Below are positions 7,492 through 15,782 of a stretch of DNA of 47,753 nt, one piece after another. Origin of the DNA: a virus (taxonomy: Duplodnaviria; Caudoviricetes). Numbering within the stretch: the first letter of the stretch is position 1; each line of letters starts with the position of its first letter. The stretch spans positions 1 to 47,753 of IMG/VR virus record IMGVR_UViG_3300037467_000774. One strand, given 5' to 3'. The translations under genes were made by a program, and so were the position numbers. The notes under the pieces were generated by a model. It was not told the DNA's origin. It ran no database searches and was given only the letters and a program-made list of their open reading frames with translations.

Positions 7492-8570
7492 ACAAGGTCA
7501 TCCCCCAGCGACCAGCTTACGGCTTCGGCGAAGTTGATCGCCGTCTCGGCGTCGAGCGCGTTGCCGTAGGCGCGCAGGCGTCCCACTCTGGCGGAAGCCG
7601 CATGAGCCAACGGGAATGTGCCGGGCTCAACTGGCCGCCACTTTTCATCTCGGCAGTAGAGCCAATCAACAGGCTGCCGTCCGAGCAAAGGCGCGCTGGT
7701 TCCGCTTTCATCGCGTCCCTCGCTAGGCACGCGCAGCCGTGTTTCGTCCCGTGCTTCTCCTTCTGCCCCGACCCCCTCGGTGACGTGTCGTGCGCTTGAG
7801 GCGTCGTCCACCCCGCCAACTCGACGCAGTTCGGAAGCTCGCTGTTCTTGTGAGCCGCCGCTCGCCCTCTGCCGTCCGCTCTCAGCGGCGTCGGCCAGTC
7901 CGCGAGGTGAACGGCTGTCTGTAGATTCTCGCCGCCCTCGCGACCCTGCGTCCCGGCACCCGTCGAGTTGTTGCTCGTCGTCGTCGGCCACCCCGACAAA
8001 ATAAGTTCGTTGCCTGATATGCGCGCCGCCGAACCCCGCAGCGCACAGATCGGCGCTGCTAGAGGTATATCCCATTGTCGCCAGGTCAGCTTGTACAACA
8101 GCGAGCCATAGGCGCCCGTCTGCGCTCGCAACCTGCTCTCCAACGACCCGTGGAGGGCGGCGCGCCTTGATGAGGCGAGCAAACTCAGGCCAAAGGTGCC
8201 GACCGTCGGCGAAGCGATCACAGCCGCAATCGAGGCAGATGAAATGTCCGGTTTTTCGAGGGTGGCAGAGATTACGGCTGCTGCCACATTCAGGGCATCG
8301 TTGGCCTTTGCCTGCTGACGAGAACGGGGGGCAGGGGCAAGATCCGGTCCACACCGGCCGGTCGTCGGACCAACCCGCGTTTCGCAGGGCGTAAGACCAG
8401 ACGCCGATCCCGGCGAAGAAGTGACATTGGGTGAAACCTCGAAGGTCATCGGGTGTTACGTCCTCTATGCTCCGCTCGTCGACCTCGCCGGGCGCGATGA
8501 GTCCTGCCTCGATCAGGTTGCGCAGCCACGCGGCGGCGTAGGGGTCTATCTCATTATAGTAACTGCTCAT
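7488..8570 (-). CDS. DNA cytosine-5 methyltransferase (alpha-like subunit)
   Basis: Motif I FFAGIG, IV GSCPCPPFS, VI GEQV, VIII HIRQRTY, X RLRAYGNA; no recognisable motif IX. Confidence 0.9.
   Translation of the reverse strand: MSSYYNEIDPYAAAWLRNLIEAGLIAPGEVDERSIEDVTPDDLRGFTQCHFFAGIGVWSYALRNAGWSDDRPVWTGSCPCPPFSSAGKGQRCPECGSSRNLCHPRKTGHFICLDCGCDRFADGRHLWPEFARLIKARRPPRVVGEQVASADGRLWLAVVQADLATMGYTSSSADLCAAGFGGAHIRQRTYFVGVADDDEQQLDGCRDAGSRGRRESTDSRSPRGLADAAESGRQRASGGSQEQRASELRRVGGVDDASSARHVTEGVGAEGEARDETRLRVPSEGRDESGTSAPLLGRQPVDWLYCRDEKWRPVEPGTFPLAHAASARVGRLRAYGNALDAETAINFAEAVSWSLGDDLV
7517..8449 (-). CDS. Overlapping-frame methyltransferase beta-like subunit (motif IX plus WPTP repeats); start uncertain
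   Basis: 310-codon ORF nested on the same strand; three L(S/A)xW(P/T)T modules and a motif IX-like GQLSPAHSRWLMRLPPEW. Confidence 0.7.
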   Translation of the reverse strand: MTFEVSPNVTSSPGSASGLTPCETRVGPTTGRCGPDLAPAPRSRQQAKANDALNVAAAVISATLEKPDISSASIAAVIASPTVGTFGLSLLASSRRAALHGSLESRLRAQTGAYGSLLYKLTWRQWDIPLAAPICALRGSAARISGNELILSGWPTTTSNNSTGAGTQGREGGENLQTAVHLADWPTPLRADGRGRAAAHKNSELPNCVELAGWTTPQAHDTSPRGSGQKEKHGTKHGCACLARDAMKAEPARLCSDGSLLIGSTAEMKSGGQLSPAHSRWLMRLPPEWDACAPTATRSTPRRRSTSPKP

Positions 8571-9001
8571 TTGGCGAGGTACTTCGCCGCAAGAAGGAGC
8601 AGATCGGGGTTATCGCGAAACTTTCCCAAACCATGATTACAAGCGTCGCAGAGAAGCCCGCGAACGCACTGTCCGCAGGTCCGCTCGCCTGGGCAGCAGC
8701 TGTGGTCGTGATCGACAGCGAGCGCTCTCTTCGGGTTCACTCCCCCGCAGATCGCGCACCCACCGTTCTGTTGTGCGAGCAGGGCCGCGTAGCCTTCCGC
8801 CGACAGCCCAAACAGGCGAACTCGCCTCATTTCGTTCTGGCGGTCGAGATACCTGCGACGATTTCGCGCTTGGTATTCGCGCGCGCGAATGTCAGTGCAG
8901 ACGACGCAGGATCGCGTCGATACATATCTCGGCGCTACGTGTCCGCGCCTACACGGTCGGCCCGTTTCGTACGTCTTTGCAGGCGAGGGCCAACGACTCA
9001 T
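8567..9001 (-). CDS. Endonuclease VII-family HNH nuclease
   Basis: QNGGCAICG...LAVDHDH...VRGLLCDACNHGLGKFRDN; ATG at 9001 overlaps the upstream stop. Confidence 0.88.
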   Translation of the reverse strand: MSRWPSPAKTYETGRPCRRGHVAPRYVSTRSCVVCTDIRAREYQARNRRRYLDRQNEMRRVRLFGLSAEGYAALLAQQNGGCAICGGVNPKRALAVDHDHSCCPGERTCGQCVRGLLCDACNHGLGKFRDNPDLLLLAAKYLAK

Positions 9002-9282
9002 ACAGCCTGCGGTCCCAGGCCCGCCCTGATCTTCTCGAGGTGCCGGCGCACCGCCTTGTCCGTGAGCCCCATGCGCTCGGCGATGGCCTCGATGCTCAAG
9101 TCCTCGCTCAGCAGCTCGGCCACCTGGTCGCGCTTGGTCAGCTTCTTCGGTTTGGCCGCGCGGCGCTTCCTGAAATACTCGGCGCGGCTCTTGCGCTGCG
9201 CTGCGTGCTCCTTGGGCTTGCGCCGCCGGTTGGAGTAGCTGGCCGCCGGGTTGCGGTTCGAGTGGAACAGGCCGGTGCTCAT
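8998..9282 (-). CDS. HTH DNA-binding protein
   Basis: LSIEAIAERMGLTDKAVRRHL. Confidence 0.75.
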   Translation of the reverse strand: MSTGLFHSNRNPAASYSNRRRKPKEHAAQRKSRAEYFRKRRAAKPKKLTKRDQVAELLSEDLSIEAIAERMGLTDKAVRRHLEKIRAGLGPQAV

Positions 9283-10466
9283 GCGAGGTCCAGCCCGAGG
9301 CGCCGCTCGGCGATAGCCACATATTCAGGGTTGAGTTCGATGCCGACGAAACGGAAGCCTTCGGCCAGCGCCGCGAGCCCTGTGCTGCCCGAACCGAGGA
9401 ATGGGTCGAGCACGAGACCGCCCGGCGGCGTCACCAGCCGGCACAGCCAGCGCATCAGCGCCTGGGGCTTTACCGTCGGGTGATCGTTGCCCTCACCGCG
9501 TTCGGACTTGCTCGTCTTGGCGCAGTAGAAGAAGCGGGCGGCGGAACCGGGATCGCCGTATCCGAGATGCACGTCTCCGGCCTTCTTGGGGACAACTTGC
9601 GTGACATTGCGATCGTCCGTCCCGCGAACGTAGGTGCTGGATGCGCCCGTCTCCGGAAACCCCGCCACCACTTCATCGCTTCCGTCATGGCAGAGGTTGG
9701 CGGGCCAACGACCCGCGCTGTTCGCTGAGCCGCAGCCCATTGCGAAATCAAGGTCGCGCTTCCGGTTGTCGGCGTGTCCCCGATCACCCGAACAGTTCTT
9801 AGCGTAGTCAGCATCTTTGACCGCTATCCTGCACCCGTCGATGTTGATCGCGCCCGTGCCGTGATCGAGCACGTTGGTCGCAACGGTTCCGATCAGCGGC
9901 TTGCGGGCGAGGCAAATGGGTTCCCAGGACGGCTTGAGAGCGGTGCCCCATCCCTGCCATTGCTTCGCCTCAGCAGAGGTCGGCGCGGTGATCGCGGCGA
10001 TCATGCGTTCGCCACTGTCGCGCTTGTAGTTGTCGCCCCGAATATCGGGGCCGACGTCCTTGTGGCCTAGAACTTCGCGCTCTGCGCCGGCGGCCTTGTC
10101 GATGGCCTTGCTGACGTCGAGCGACTTGGGAAAGCCCGAGCCGTACACCCACGCCAGCTGGTCGCGGACCTCGAAGCCCGCATCCTCGATCGCGACGACC
10201 ATCCGGTGATAGGTGCGCGTGCCGCTGAACGCGAGGAGGTGGCCGCCGGGCTTCAACACGCGCAGCGCTTCAGCCCACAGATCGACGCGGAACGCGACAT
10301 CGCCTCCGTCCCACTTCATGCCCATGAAGCCGCCCTCGCCGCTGCCGCCCTTCTTGTTGGCGGTGAGGTGGTAGGGCGGGTCGCAAACAATCGAATCGAC
10401 CGACGCCTCGGGCAACTCGCGCAGCCTCTCGCGGCAGTCGCCGACCAGAATCTGCACCGACATCAC
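9279..10466 (-). CDS. DNA N6-adenine/N4-cytosine methyltransferase (beta class)
   Basis: DPPY catalytic motif at the N-terminus, HPTVKP, and the LDPFLGSGST SAM-binding motif at the C-terminus. Confidence 0.92.
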   Translation of the reverse strand: MMSVQILVGDCRERLRELPEASVDSIVCDPPYHLTANKKGGSGEGGFMGMKWDGGDVAFRVDLWAEALRVLKPGGHLLAFSGTRTYHRMVVAIEDAGFEVRDQLAWVYGSGFPKSLDVSKAIDKAAGAEREVLGHKDVGPDIRGDNYKRDSGERMIAAITAPTSAEAKQWQGWGTALKPSWEPICLARKPLIGTVATNVLDHGTGAINIDGCRIAVKDADYAKNCSGDRGHADNRKRDLDFAMGCGSANSAGRWPANLCHDGSDEVVAGFPETGASSTYVRGTDDRNVTQVVPKKAGDVHLGYGDPGSAARFFYCAKTSKSERGEGNDHPTVKPQALMRWLCRLVTPPGGLVLDPFLGSGSTGLAALAEGFRFVGIELNPEYVAIAERRLGLDLA

Positions 10467-10672
10467 CCCACCTGCCGCGAAGCGTTCAGATCCTTGAACT
10501 CCTCGTGCGTGCGCAGGGCGTCCTCAACCTGGGCGACTCGCCAGTGGGGGATGCTCCTGCGCCGCTTCCACGAGTGGACAGTGGACAGCGATTCGCCCAA
10601 AATTTTCGCGAGCTTGGTCACGCCCCCCTTCTGGTTCCAGTAGGGGTCGAGCTGTTCGATAAGGGTCTGCAT
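10463..10672 (-). CDS. cro: Cro-like repressor
   Basis: GGVTKLAKILGESLSTVHSWKRRRSIP HTH; divergent from cI. Confidence 0.85.
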   Translation of the reverse strand: MQTLIEQLDPYWNQKGGVTKLAKILGESLSTVHSWKRRRSIPHWRVAQVEDALRTHEEFKDLNASRQVG

Positions 10673-10798
10673 ACGCTTTGCATATACGAAAAGCGTATTG
10701 GTTCAATCCCATTTCGATACGATTTCCGAAATTAATTTCCAGTTATCCAAAGTTAGTTTCACTTGACTGGTGAATCGTGCGATATACGCATTGCGTAT
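10671..10798. promoter_or_regulatory. Immunity switch (OR-like) operators ATRCG-N5-CGYAT with divergent promoters
   Basis: ATACGCTTTGCATAT 10671, ATACGAAAAGCGTAT 10684, ATACGATTTCCGAAA 10717, ATACGCATTGCGTAT 10784; TTGAAC (- strand) and TTGACT (+ strand) -35 boxes. Confidence 0.8.
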
Positions 10799-10832
10799 CT
10801 GTCCCGCTGTGCCGAACGCAGGAGATGATGAA

Positions 10833-11444
10833 GTGGCCGACACCGACCTGATCCACCGCCTGAAAGAGGCGCGAATCCCTCACTCCAAGATCGCGAAGGC
10901 GCTCGGCCGTTCGCAGCCTTCCGCGACCCGCCTGCTCAACGGGCAACGCGCGTTGAAGGTCGACGACGTGCCCAAGCTCGAGGCCCTGCTCAGGCACTGG
11001 GTTCCTGACCCCGACGTTCACGCTAACGATGAGGAAACGATTTCCTACGTACCGATCAACGTCATGCCTACGTACGCCGGCATGGGTGGGGGCGGAACCG
11101 GCGAGGGCGAGCAGGAGAAGGCTCTAGTGCCCCGTTACTTGATTGAAGGAATTTTAAGAGGCCGCCAGCAGAATTTCGTCCTCGTGCGCGTGCGCGGGGA
11201 CAGCATGGAACCGGACTTCCGTCACGACGACGAGCTGCTGGTGGATCTGCGCGACGTATCGCCGACGCAGCCCGGCCCGTTCGCGCTGTGGCACGACGAC
11301 GCCTATGTCGTGAAGAACGTCGAGCGGATGATCGACGGGCGGCTGCGCATCTTCTCGACCAACCCCAAGTACCAGACCGTTGAGCAGCCGCTCGACAACA
11401 CGCGCATCATCGGCCGCCCGGTGTGGTTCGGGAGGCGGCTGTGA
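10833..11444 (+). CDS. cI: CI-like repressor (HTH plus S24 autopeptidase)
   Basis: IAKALGRSQPSATRLLNGQR HTH; VRGDSMEP and VKNV Ser-Lys dyad; AG cleavage site; GTG start after GGAG. Confidence 0.92.
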   Translation: MADTDLIHRLKEARIPHSKIAKALGRSQPSATRLLNGQRALKVDDVPKLEALLRHWVPDPDVHANDEETISYVPINVMPTYAGMGGGGTGEGEQEKALVPRYLIEGILRGRQQNFVLVRVRGDSMEPDFRHDDELLVDLRDVSPTQPGPFALWHDDAYVVKNVERMIDGRLRIFSTNPKYQTVEQPLDNTRIIGRPVWFGRRL

Positions 11445-11650
11445 GCCTGCGCTCCTGGGCGTGGGGCAGCTTCTTTGTCCTGTGGGCGGGGATCTATGCG
11501 ATCCTGCCCTACGACTACGCCGGCGCCGACACGCTGACCGGCGACGATATCCAGCAGGTCGTGAAGGCGCTCGGCGCCACGATCACCATCTGGTCGCCCA
11601 TATTCGGGACACTCTACGCGCTGCGCTGGTGGCGTCGAAAAACGCATTAA
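11441..11650 (+). CDS. Small two-TM membrane protein co-transcribed with cI
   Basis: Two hydrophobic segments and a basic C-terminus; GTGA overlap with the cI stop. Confidence 0.65.
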   Translation: MSLRSWAWGSFFVLWAGIYAILPYDYAGADTLTGDDIQQVVKALGATITIWSPIFGTLYALRWWRRKTH

Positions 11651-11719
11651 ACTACAAAAAGCGTATTGACCCTATACGAAAGGCGCATTATCGAATCGCT
11701 TAACAGGAGGCGATTCGAT
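11633..11719 (+). promoter_or_regulatory. PL/OL-like early promoter with three operators and a 10-bp inverted repeat
   Basis: Operator-like sites at 11633, 11652 and 11674; TTGACC(11666)-N17-TATCGA; inverted repeat 11690-11699/11710-11719. Confidence 0.75.
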
Positions 11720-11870
11720 GGGGACTCAAGCCCATAAAGACTTGCTGCGCGGGCTGAACCGCGCTCGCGGCGATCTCGTCGCGATCGAGAAGCGCCTGCG
11801 CGCCGAGGCTGCGCACGCCCACCGCGCCATCAGCCACATCGACCACTGCCTGCAGCGGATCGGCCAGTGA
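11718..11870 (+). CDS. Early hypothetical 50-aa protein
   Basis: AGGAGG RBS; MGTQAHKDLLRGLNRARGDL... Confidence 0.75.
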   Translation: MGTQAHKDLLRGLNRARGDLVAIEKRLRAEAAHAHRAISHIDHCLQRIGQ

Positions 11871-12082
11871 GCCTCTATCCTTCCGCGCTCGTCTGCCCCG
11901 CCTGCGACCTGCTGGTCGAGGGCGCGTGGGCCGAGCACGTCCGCTGCAAGTGCAACGATGCGAAGGTCGTGCCGCTCATCCCCCGCGCACAGGTCGAAGC
12001 GGCCCGCGCGTACGAGCGCCTGGTCGCCGACAAACCTCAACCCGTCACGCCCGACAAACGGAGGCCGCACCTGTGGGCCTGA
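11867..12082 (+). CDS. Small Cys-rich (zinc-ribbon-like) protein
   Basis: CPAC...CKC; coupled start. Confidence 0.65.
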   Translation: MSLYPSALVCPACDLLVEGAWAEHVRCKCNDAKVVPLIPRAQVEAARAYERLVADKPQPVTPDKRRPHLWA

Positions 12083-12288
12083 GAATAGACAACAACCCCG
12101 GCACGCGCACCGTGCGCAGCATCCTCATCAGCTGCGACGTCTGCCACGTCGAAGTCAGCGACACCGAGATCGCCAAGCGAGGCGGGCTCCTCGAGATGGG
12201 CTGGCTGCGCCGCTTCAACAGCGAGACGCGCAACAACGAATACTTCTGTCCCGAACACCATCCAGAGGAGGAATCTCGTGGGAATTGA
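12073..12288 (+). CDS. Small zinc-binding protein
   Basis: ISCDVC...GW...YFCPEH. Confidence 0.7.
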   Translation: MGLRIDNNPGTRTVRSILISCDVCHVEVSDTEIAKRGGLLEMGWLRRFNSETRNNEYFCPEHHPEEESRGN

Positions 12289-12769
12289 GATCAAGATCGA
12301 GGCCGCAAACCCGGCTGACGCCATTGCGCAGGTGCTGGCGCTCGCGGCGGGCTTCGCGACCGGTACGGCGGTCCAGATGGGCTCGGGGCCGATCCCCGAT
12401 AAGCCGGTGGTCGAACCCGAGAAGCTGTCGAACCGCAAGCCGCGCAAGCCCAGGGCCGAGAAGGCCGAGGAACCCGCGCAGGAGTCCGAGGAGGGAAACG
12501 CTACTACGTCCTCAGAGGAGAGCGCATCCCCGTCCTCTGGCACCGCCTCGAAGCCGACGGAAGCTGGACCGTCAGGCCAGGACAATGACGAACCCACCAT
12601 CGTCTACGCCGACGTGCAAAAGGCCGTGAACGGCCTCGCCGCCGCCAAGGGCCGCGATGCGGTCATCAAGATCCTCAATGACTTCGGCGTCGACCACGCG
12701 ACCAAGCTCAAGGAGGAGCAGTGGGCTGACGTGGTGGCCGAGATGCAGCAGGCGAAGGAGGACGCGTGA
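12278..12769 (+). CDS. Hypothetical protein (conserved position upstream of DUF2800)
   Basis: GAGGAGG RBS; C-terminal GRDAVIKILNDFGVDHATKLKEEQW. Confidence 0.8.
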   Translation: MGIEIKIEAANPADAIAQVLALAAGFATGTAVQMGSGPIPDKPVVEPEKLSNRKPRKPRAEKAEEPAQESEEGNATTSSEESASPSSGTASKPTEAGPSGQDNDEPTIVYADVQKAVNGLAAAKGRDAVIKILNDFGVDHATKLKEEQWADVVAEMQQAKEDA

Positions 12770-13014
12770 TGGGCGACTATATCACGATCGCGCTGTCCCT
12801 CGGCGCGGCCTTCGCCAGCGGCCTCACGGTCGGCATCGCCAGGTACAAGAGCCTGTGGCTCGACGCCTGCGGCGACATCGGCAAGGCGCTCGCCGAGCGC
12901 GACATGTGGCGCCACGAGGCCAACATCTTCGCCCGCGAGCTGCAGACGCTCCGCACGAAGGTGCCGCAGCGCGACCCCAAGACGAACCGCTTCGTCAAGA
13001 GGAAGGTCGCGTGA
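12769..13014 (+). CDS. Membrane-anchored coiled-coil protein
   Basis: N-terminal TM segment; C-terminal RDPKTNRF. Confidence 0.7.
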   Translation: MGDYITIALSLGAAFASGLTVGIARYKSLWLDACGDIGKALAERDMWRHEANIFARELQTLRTKVPQRDPKTNRFVKRKVA

Positions 13015-13478
13015 TGAGCGGTTCGCCGTACACTTATGCCGACGATCTTACGGCGTGGGCGCAAGCCGCGATGCAGCGCGCACCCGACTTCGTGATCGGC
13101 GACAACTACCTGCGCCGCTGGTGGATCGTGCCCCGCAACAAGGGCTGCAACGTCTACCTGCACGAAATCCTGCACAGCGACGACGACCGCGCGCTGCACG
13201 ACCACCCCTGGGACAATACCTCGATGCTGCTCGAAGGCAGCTACATCGAGCACACCCCCGAGGGTTCGTTCGTCCGCGCCGCCGGCAGCATCGTTCACCG
13301 GAAAGCGACAGACGCGCACCGCCTTGAGATCCCCGAGGGCGGGCGCGCTGTGTCGCTGTTCTTCACCGGGCCGTTGGTGCGCGAGTGGGGCTTCCACTGC
13401 CCGCAGGGCTGGCGGCACTGGCGCGATTTCGTCGACAGCCGCGACAGCGGACAAGTCGGCCGGGGGTGTGGCGAATGA
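13014..13478 (+). CDS. Cupin-like protein
   Basis: YLHEILHSDDDRALHDHPW...GSYIE...HRLE...WGF. Confidence 0.75.
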   Translation: MSGSPYTYADDLTAWAQAAMQRAPDFVIGDNYLRRWWIVPRNKGCNVYLHEILHSDDDRALHDHPWDNTSMLLEGSYIEHTPEGSFVRAAGSIVHRKATDAHRLEIPEGGRAVSLFFTGPLVREWGFHCPQGWRHWRDFVDSRDSGQVGRGCGE

Positions 13479-14686
13479 CCGCGCACGCGCTCCACGGCGC
13501 TTCCAAGGCCGAGCGGTGGCTACATTGCTATCCGTCGCTCGCGCTCGAAGCCGACCTGCCCGACACGTCCAGCGGCTACGCGGATTGGGGCACCGACGCC
13601 CACGAGCTCGCCGCGATCTGCCTGACCGAGAACCAGGACGCCAAGGCGTTCGAGGGGCGCGTGATGACGCTCGGCAACACGGTCGACGACGAGATGATCG
13701 ACTGCGTGCAGACCTACGTTGATGCTGTGCGCGGCTATGTCGACGGCGGCGACCTGTTCGTCGAGCAGCGCGTCAGTTTCGCCCGGCTGCTCGGCCTGCC
13801 CGATGATGACGGGTTCGGCACGTCCGACGCGATCATCATCTCGGGCTGCGGCGCCGAAATTCAAATCCACGACCTCAAGACGGGTCGCGGAGTGCCCGTC
13901 GCCGCCGAGCGCAACGAGCAGATGCTGCTCTACGCCGCCGGCGCGATCGAGCAGTTCGGCCTCGCCTACAACTTCGAGCGCGTGCGCGTGGTCATCCACC
14001 AGCCGCGTCTGAGCCGGAACCCCGACGAGTGGGAATGCTCCATGCTCGACGTGTCCGATCTCGTTGCCAAGGCGCGCGAGGTCATCGCGTCAAAGCCGAC
14101 CGAGCCTAGCCCAAGCGAAGCGGCGTGCCGCTTCTGCAAGGCCAAGGCGATCTGCCCCGCGCTCGAACGCGAGGTGCAGCAGGCCGTGCTCGGCGACTTC
14201 AGCGACCTGACCGCGAAGGCCGTCGCCGAGGCGACTGACAAGCTGCCCTACGTCTACAGCCAGGCGCTTGGGCGTCGCATGGATGCGGTCGAGCTTGTCG
14301 AAATCTGGTGCAAGGCCGTGCGCGCCCGCGCTGAGAGCGAACTGCTCGCCGGCCGCAGGGTCGACGGGTGGAAGCTGGTCGAGGGACGCAGGGGCAACCG
14401 CGAGTGGCGCGACCCGAACGCGGTCGAGGAAGCGCTCAAGGGTATGCGCCTCAAGGCCGACGACATCTACGACCGCAAGCTCATCAGCCCGGCCAGGGCC
14501 GAGAAGCTGCTCAAGGACAGCCCGAGGCGGTGGAGCGCGATTAGCGCGCACATCACGCAATCCGAAGGCAAACCCTCGGTCGCGCCGATGAGCGACAAGC
14601 GCCCCGCCTACAGCGTGGCCGACGATTTCGAGGATCTGACGGCGCCGGCGGCGTCAGGCCCCGAGCAACACCCATTCCGCCAGTAG
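13475..14686 (+). CDS. DUF2800 PD-(D/E)XK (Cas4-like) exonuclease
   Basis: GTDAH, FGTSDAII, IHDLKTG, QMLLYA, CRFCKAKAIC. Confidence 0.88.
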   Translation: MTAHALHGASKAERWLHCYPSLALEADLPDTSSGYADWGTDAHELAAICLTENQDAKAFEGRVMTLGNTVDDEMIDCVQTYVDAVRGYVDGGDLFVEQRVSFARLLGLPDDDGFGTSDAIIISGCGAEIQIHDLKTGRGVPVAAERNEQMLLYAAGAIEQFGLAYNFERVRVVIHQPRLSRNPDEWECSMLDVSDLVAKAREVIASKPTEPSPSEAACRFCKAKAICPALEREVQQAVLGDFSDLTAKAVAEATDKLPYVYSQALGRRMDAVELVEIWCKAVRARAESELLAGRRVDGWKLVEGRRGNREWRDPNAVEEALKGMRLKADDIYDRKLISPARAEKLLKDSPRRWSAISAHITQSEGKPSVAPMSDKRPAYSVADDFEDLTAPAASGPEQHPFRQ

Positions 14687-14696
14687 GAGAGCAACG

Positions 14697-15242
14697 ATGA
14701 AACTGCACTTGAAGAACGCGAGGCTCGCCTTCCCGGCGATCTTCGAGCCGAAGTCGGTCGCGGGCGAGGAGCCTGCCTTCTCGGCTTCGCTCATCATCCC
14801 GCCCGACCACCCGCAGATGGCCGAGATCAACGAAGCGATCGAGGCCGTCGCTAAGGAGAAGTGGGGCGCGAAGGCGGCCGAACAGCTGAAGGCGATGCGC
14901 GCCAAGGGCAACGTCTGCCTGCACGACGGTGACGAGAAGGCCAACTACGACGGGTTCGAGGGCAACTTCTACGTCTCGTCGCGCAGCAAGACGCGGCCTC
15001 TGGTCCTCGACCGCGACAAGTCGCCGCTGACGCAGAGCGACGGCCGGCCCTACGGCGGCTGCTACGTCTACGCTTCGCTCGAACTGTGGGCGCAGGACAA
15101 CCAGTTCGGCAAGCGCGTCAACGCGCAGCTGAAGGGCGTCCAGTTCTACCGCGATGGCGACGCCTTCTCGGGCGGCGCACCGGCCGACGAGAGCGACTTC
15201 GACGACCTCACCGAGGGCGCCGACGCGGGAGAGCTGGCGTGA
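14697..15242 (+). CDS. DUF2815 single-stranded DNA-binding protein
   Basis: RLAFPAIFEP, LHDGDEK, YGGCY, GVQFYRDGD and an acidic tail. Confidence 0.9.
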   Translation: MKLHLKNARLAFPAIFEPKSVAGEEPAFSASLIIPPDHPQMAEINEAIEAVAKEKWGAKAAEQLKAMRAKGNVCLHDGDEKANYDGFEGNFYVSSRSKTRPLVLDRDKSPLTQSDGRPYGGCYVYASLELWAQDNQFGKRVNAQLKGVQFYRDGDAFSGGAPADESDFDDLTEGADAGELA

Positions 15243-15490
15243 CGGCGGCGGGCCACAACCACGTCGCGGCCGAGCAATTGCGCCTCTTCATCGAGCGCGT
15301 CGAACGCTTGACCGAGGAGAAGCAAGGAATCGCCGACGACATCAAGGACGTGTTCGCCGAAGCGAAGGCCAACGGGTACGACACGAGGACCATGCGCGAA
15401 GTCATCAAGCTCCGCAAAATGGAAATCCACACCCGGCAGGAACGGCAAGCGCTGCTCGACACGTACTGCGGCTGCCTCGGCTTGGCCTGA
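15239..15490 (+). CDS. gapR: GapR-like (DUF2312) nucleoid-associated protein
   Basis: AEQLRLFIERVERLTEEKQGIADDIKDVFAEAKANGYD. Confidence 0.9.
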   Translation: MTAAGHNHVAAEQLRLFIERVERLTEEKQGIADDIKDVFAEAKANGYDTRTMREVIKLRKMEIHTRQERQALLDTYCGCLGLA

Positions 15491-15646
15491 CCTCCCCAAG
15501 ACGCGGGTTCCCGCTTGTCCCGCGTCGCTGCCCCGCCTTTCGCCTCCCTGTGGGGGCGGGGCAGCACCTTCTTTTCAGCGAGGCGCGGCGTGTTTCCCCG
15601 AGAGCACGCACCCCACGCGCCGCGCCTCACTCAAGAGAAGGGGAAA
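15491..15646 (+). ncRNA. Structured intergenic RNA with three hairpins, the second terminator-like
   Basis: Stems 15500-07/15519-26, 15527-37/15555-65 (followed by CTTCTTTT) and 15580-90/15618-28. Confidence 0.5.
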
Positions 15647-15650
15647 GCCG

Positions 15651-15782
15651 ATGATGAACTGGAAACGCAATCCAGGGCTGCCGGTGAAGCGGCTGCCCAA
15701 GAACGACGAGGTTCACGAGATCATGACTCCCGAGCTTCGGGAACTGCTGAAGGAACGGGAGCAACGTGCTGTTGCATCTTGA
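15651..15782 (+). CDS. Hypothetical 43-aa protein
   Basis: MMNWKRNPGLPVKRLPKNDEV..., purine-rich RBS; overlaps the polymerase start. Confidence 0.5.
   Translation: MMNWKRNPGLPVKRLPKNDEVHEIMTPELRELLKEREQRAVAS

Noticed and set aside
9002-9322. 251-aa version of the HNH ORF
   Set aside because: The upstream part overlaps the HTH gene in another frame; the ATG at 9001 is coupled to that gene's stop.
7488-10466. Complete restriction-modification system (two MTases plus nuclease)
   Set aside because: The nuclease is an Endo VII-type HNH protein common as a free-standing phage gene, and nothing links it to the MTases as a cognate restriction enzyme.
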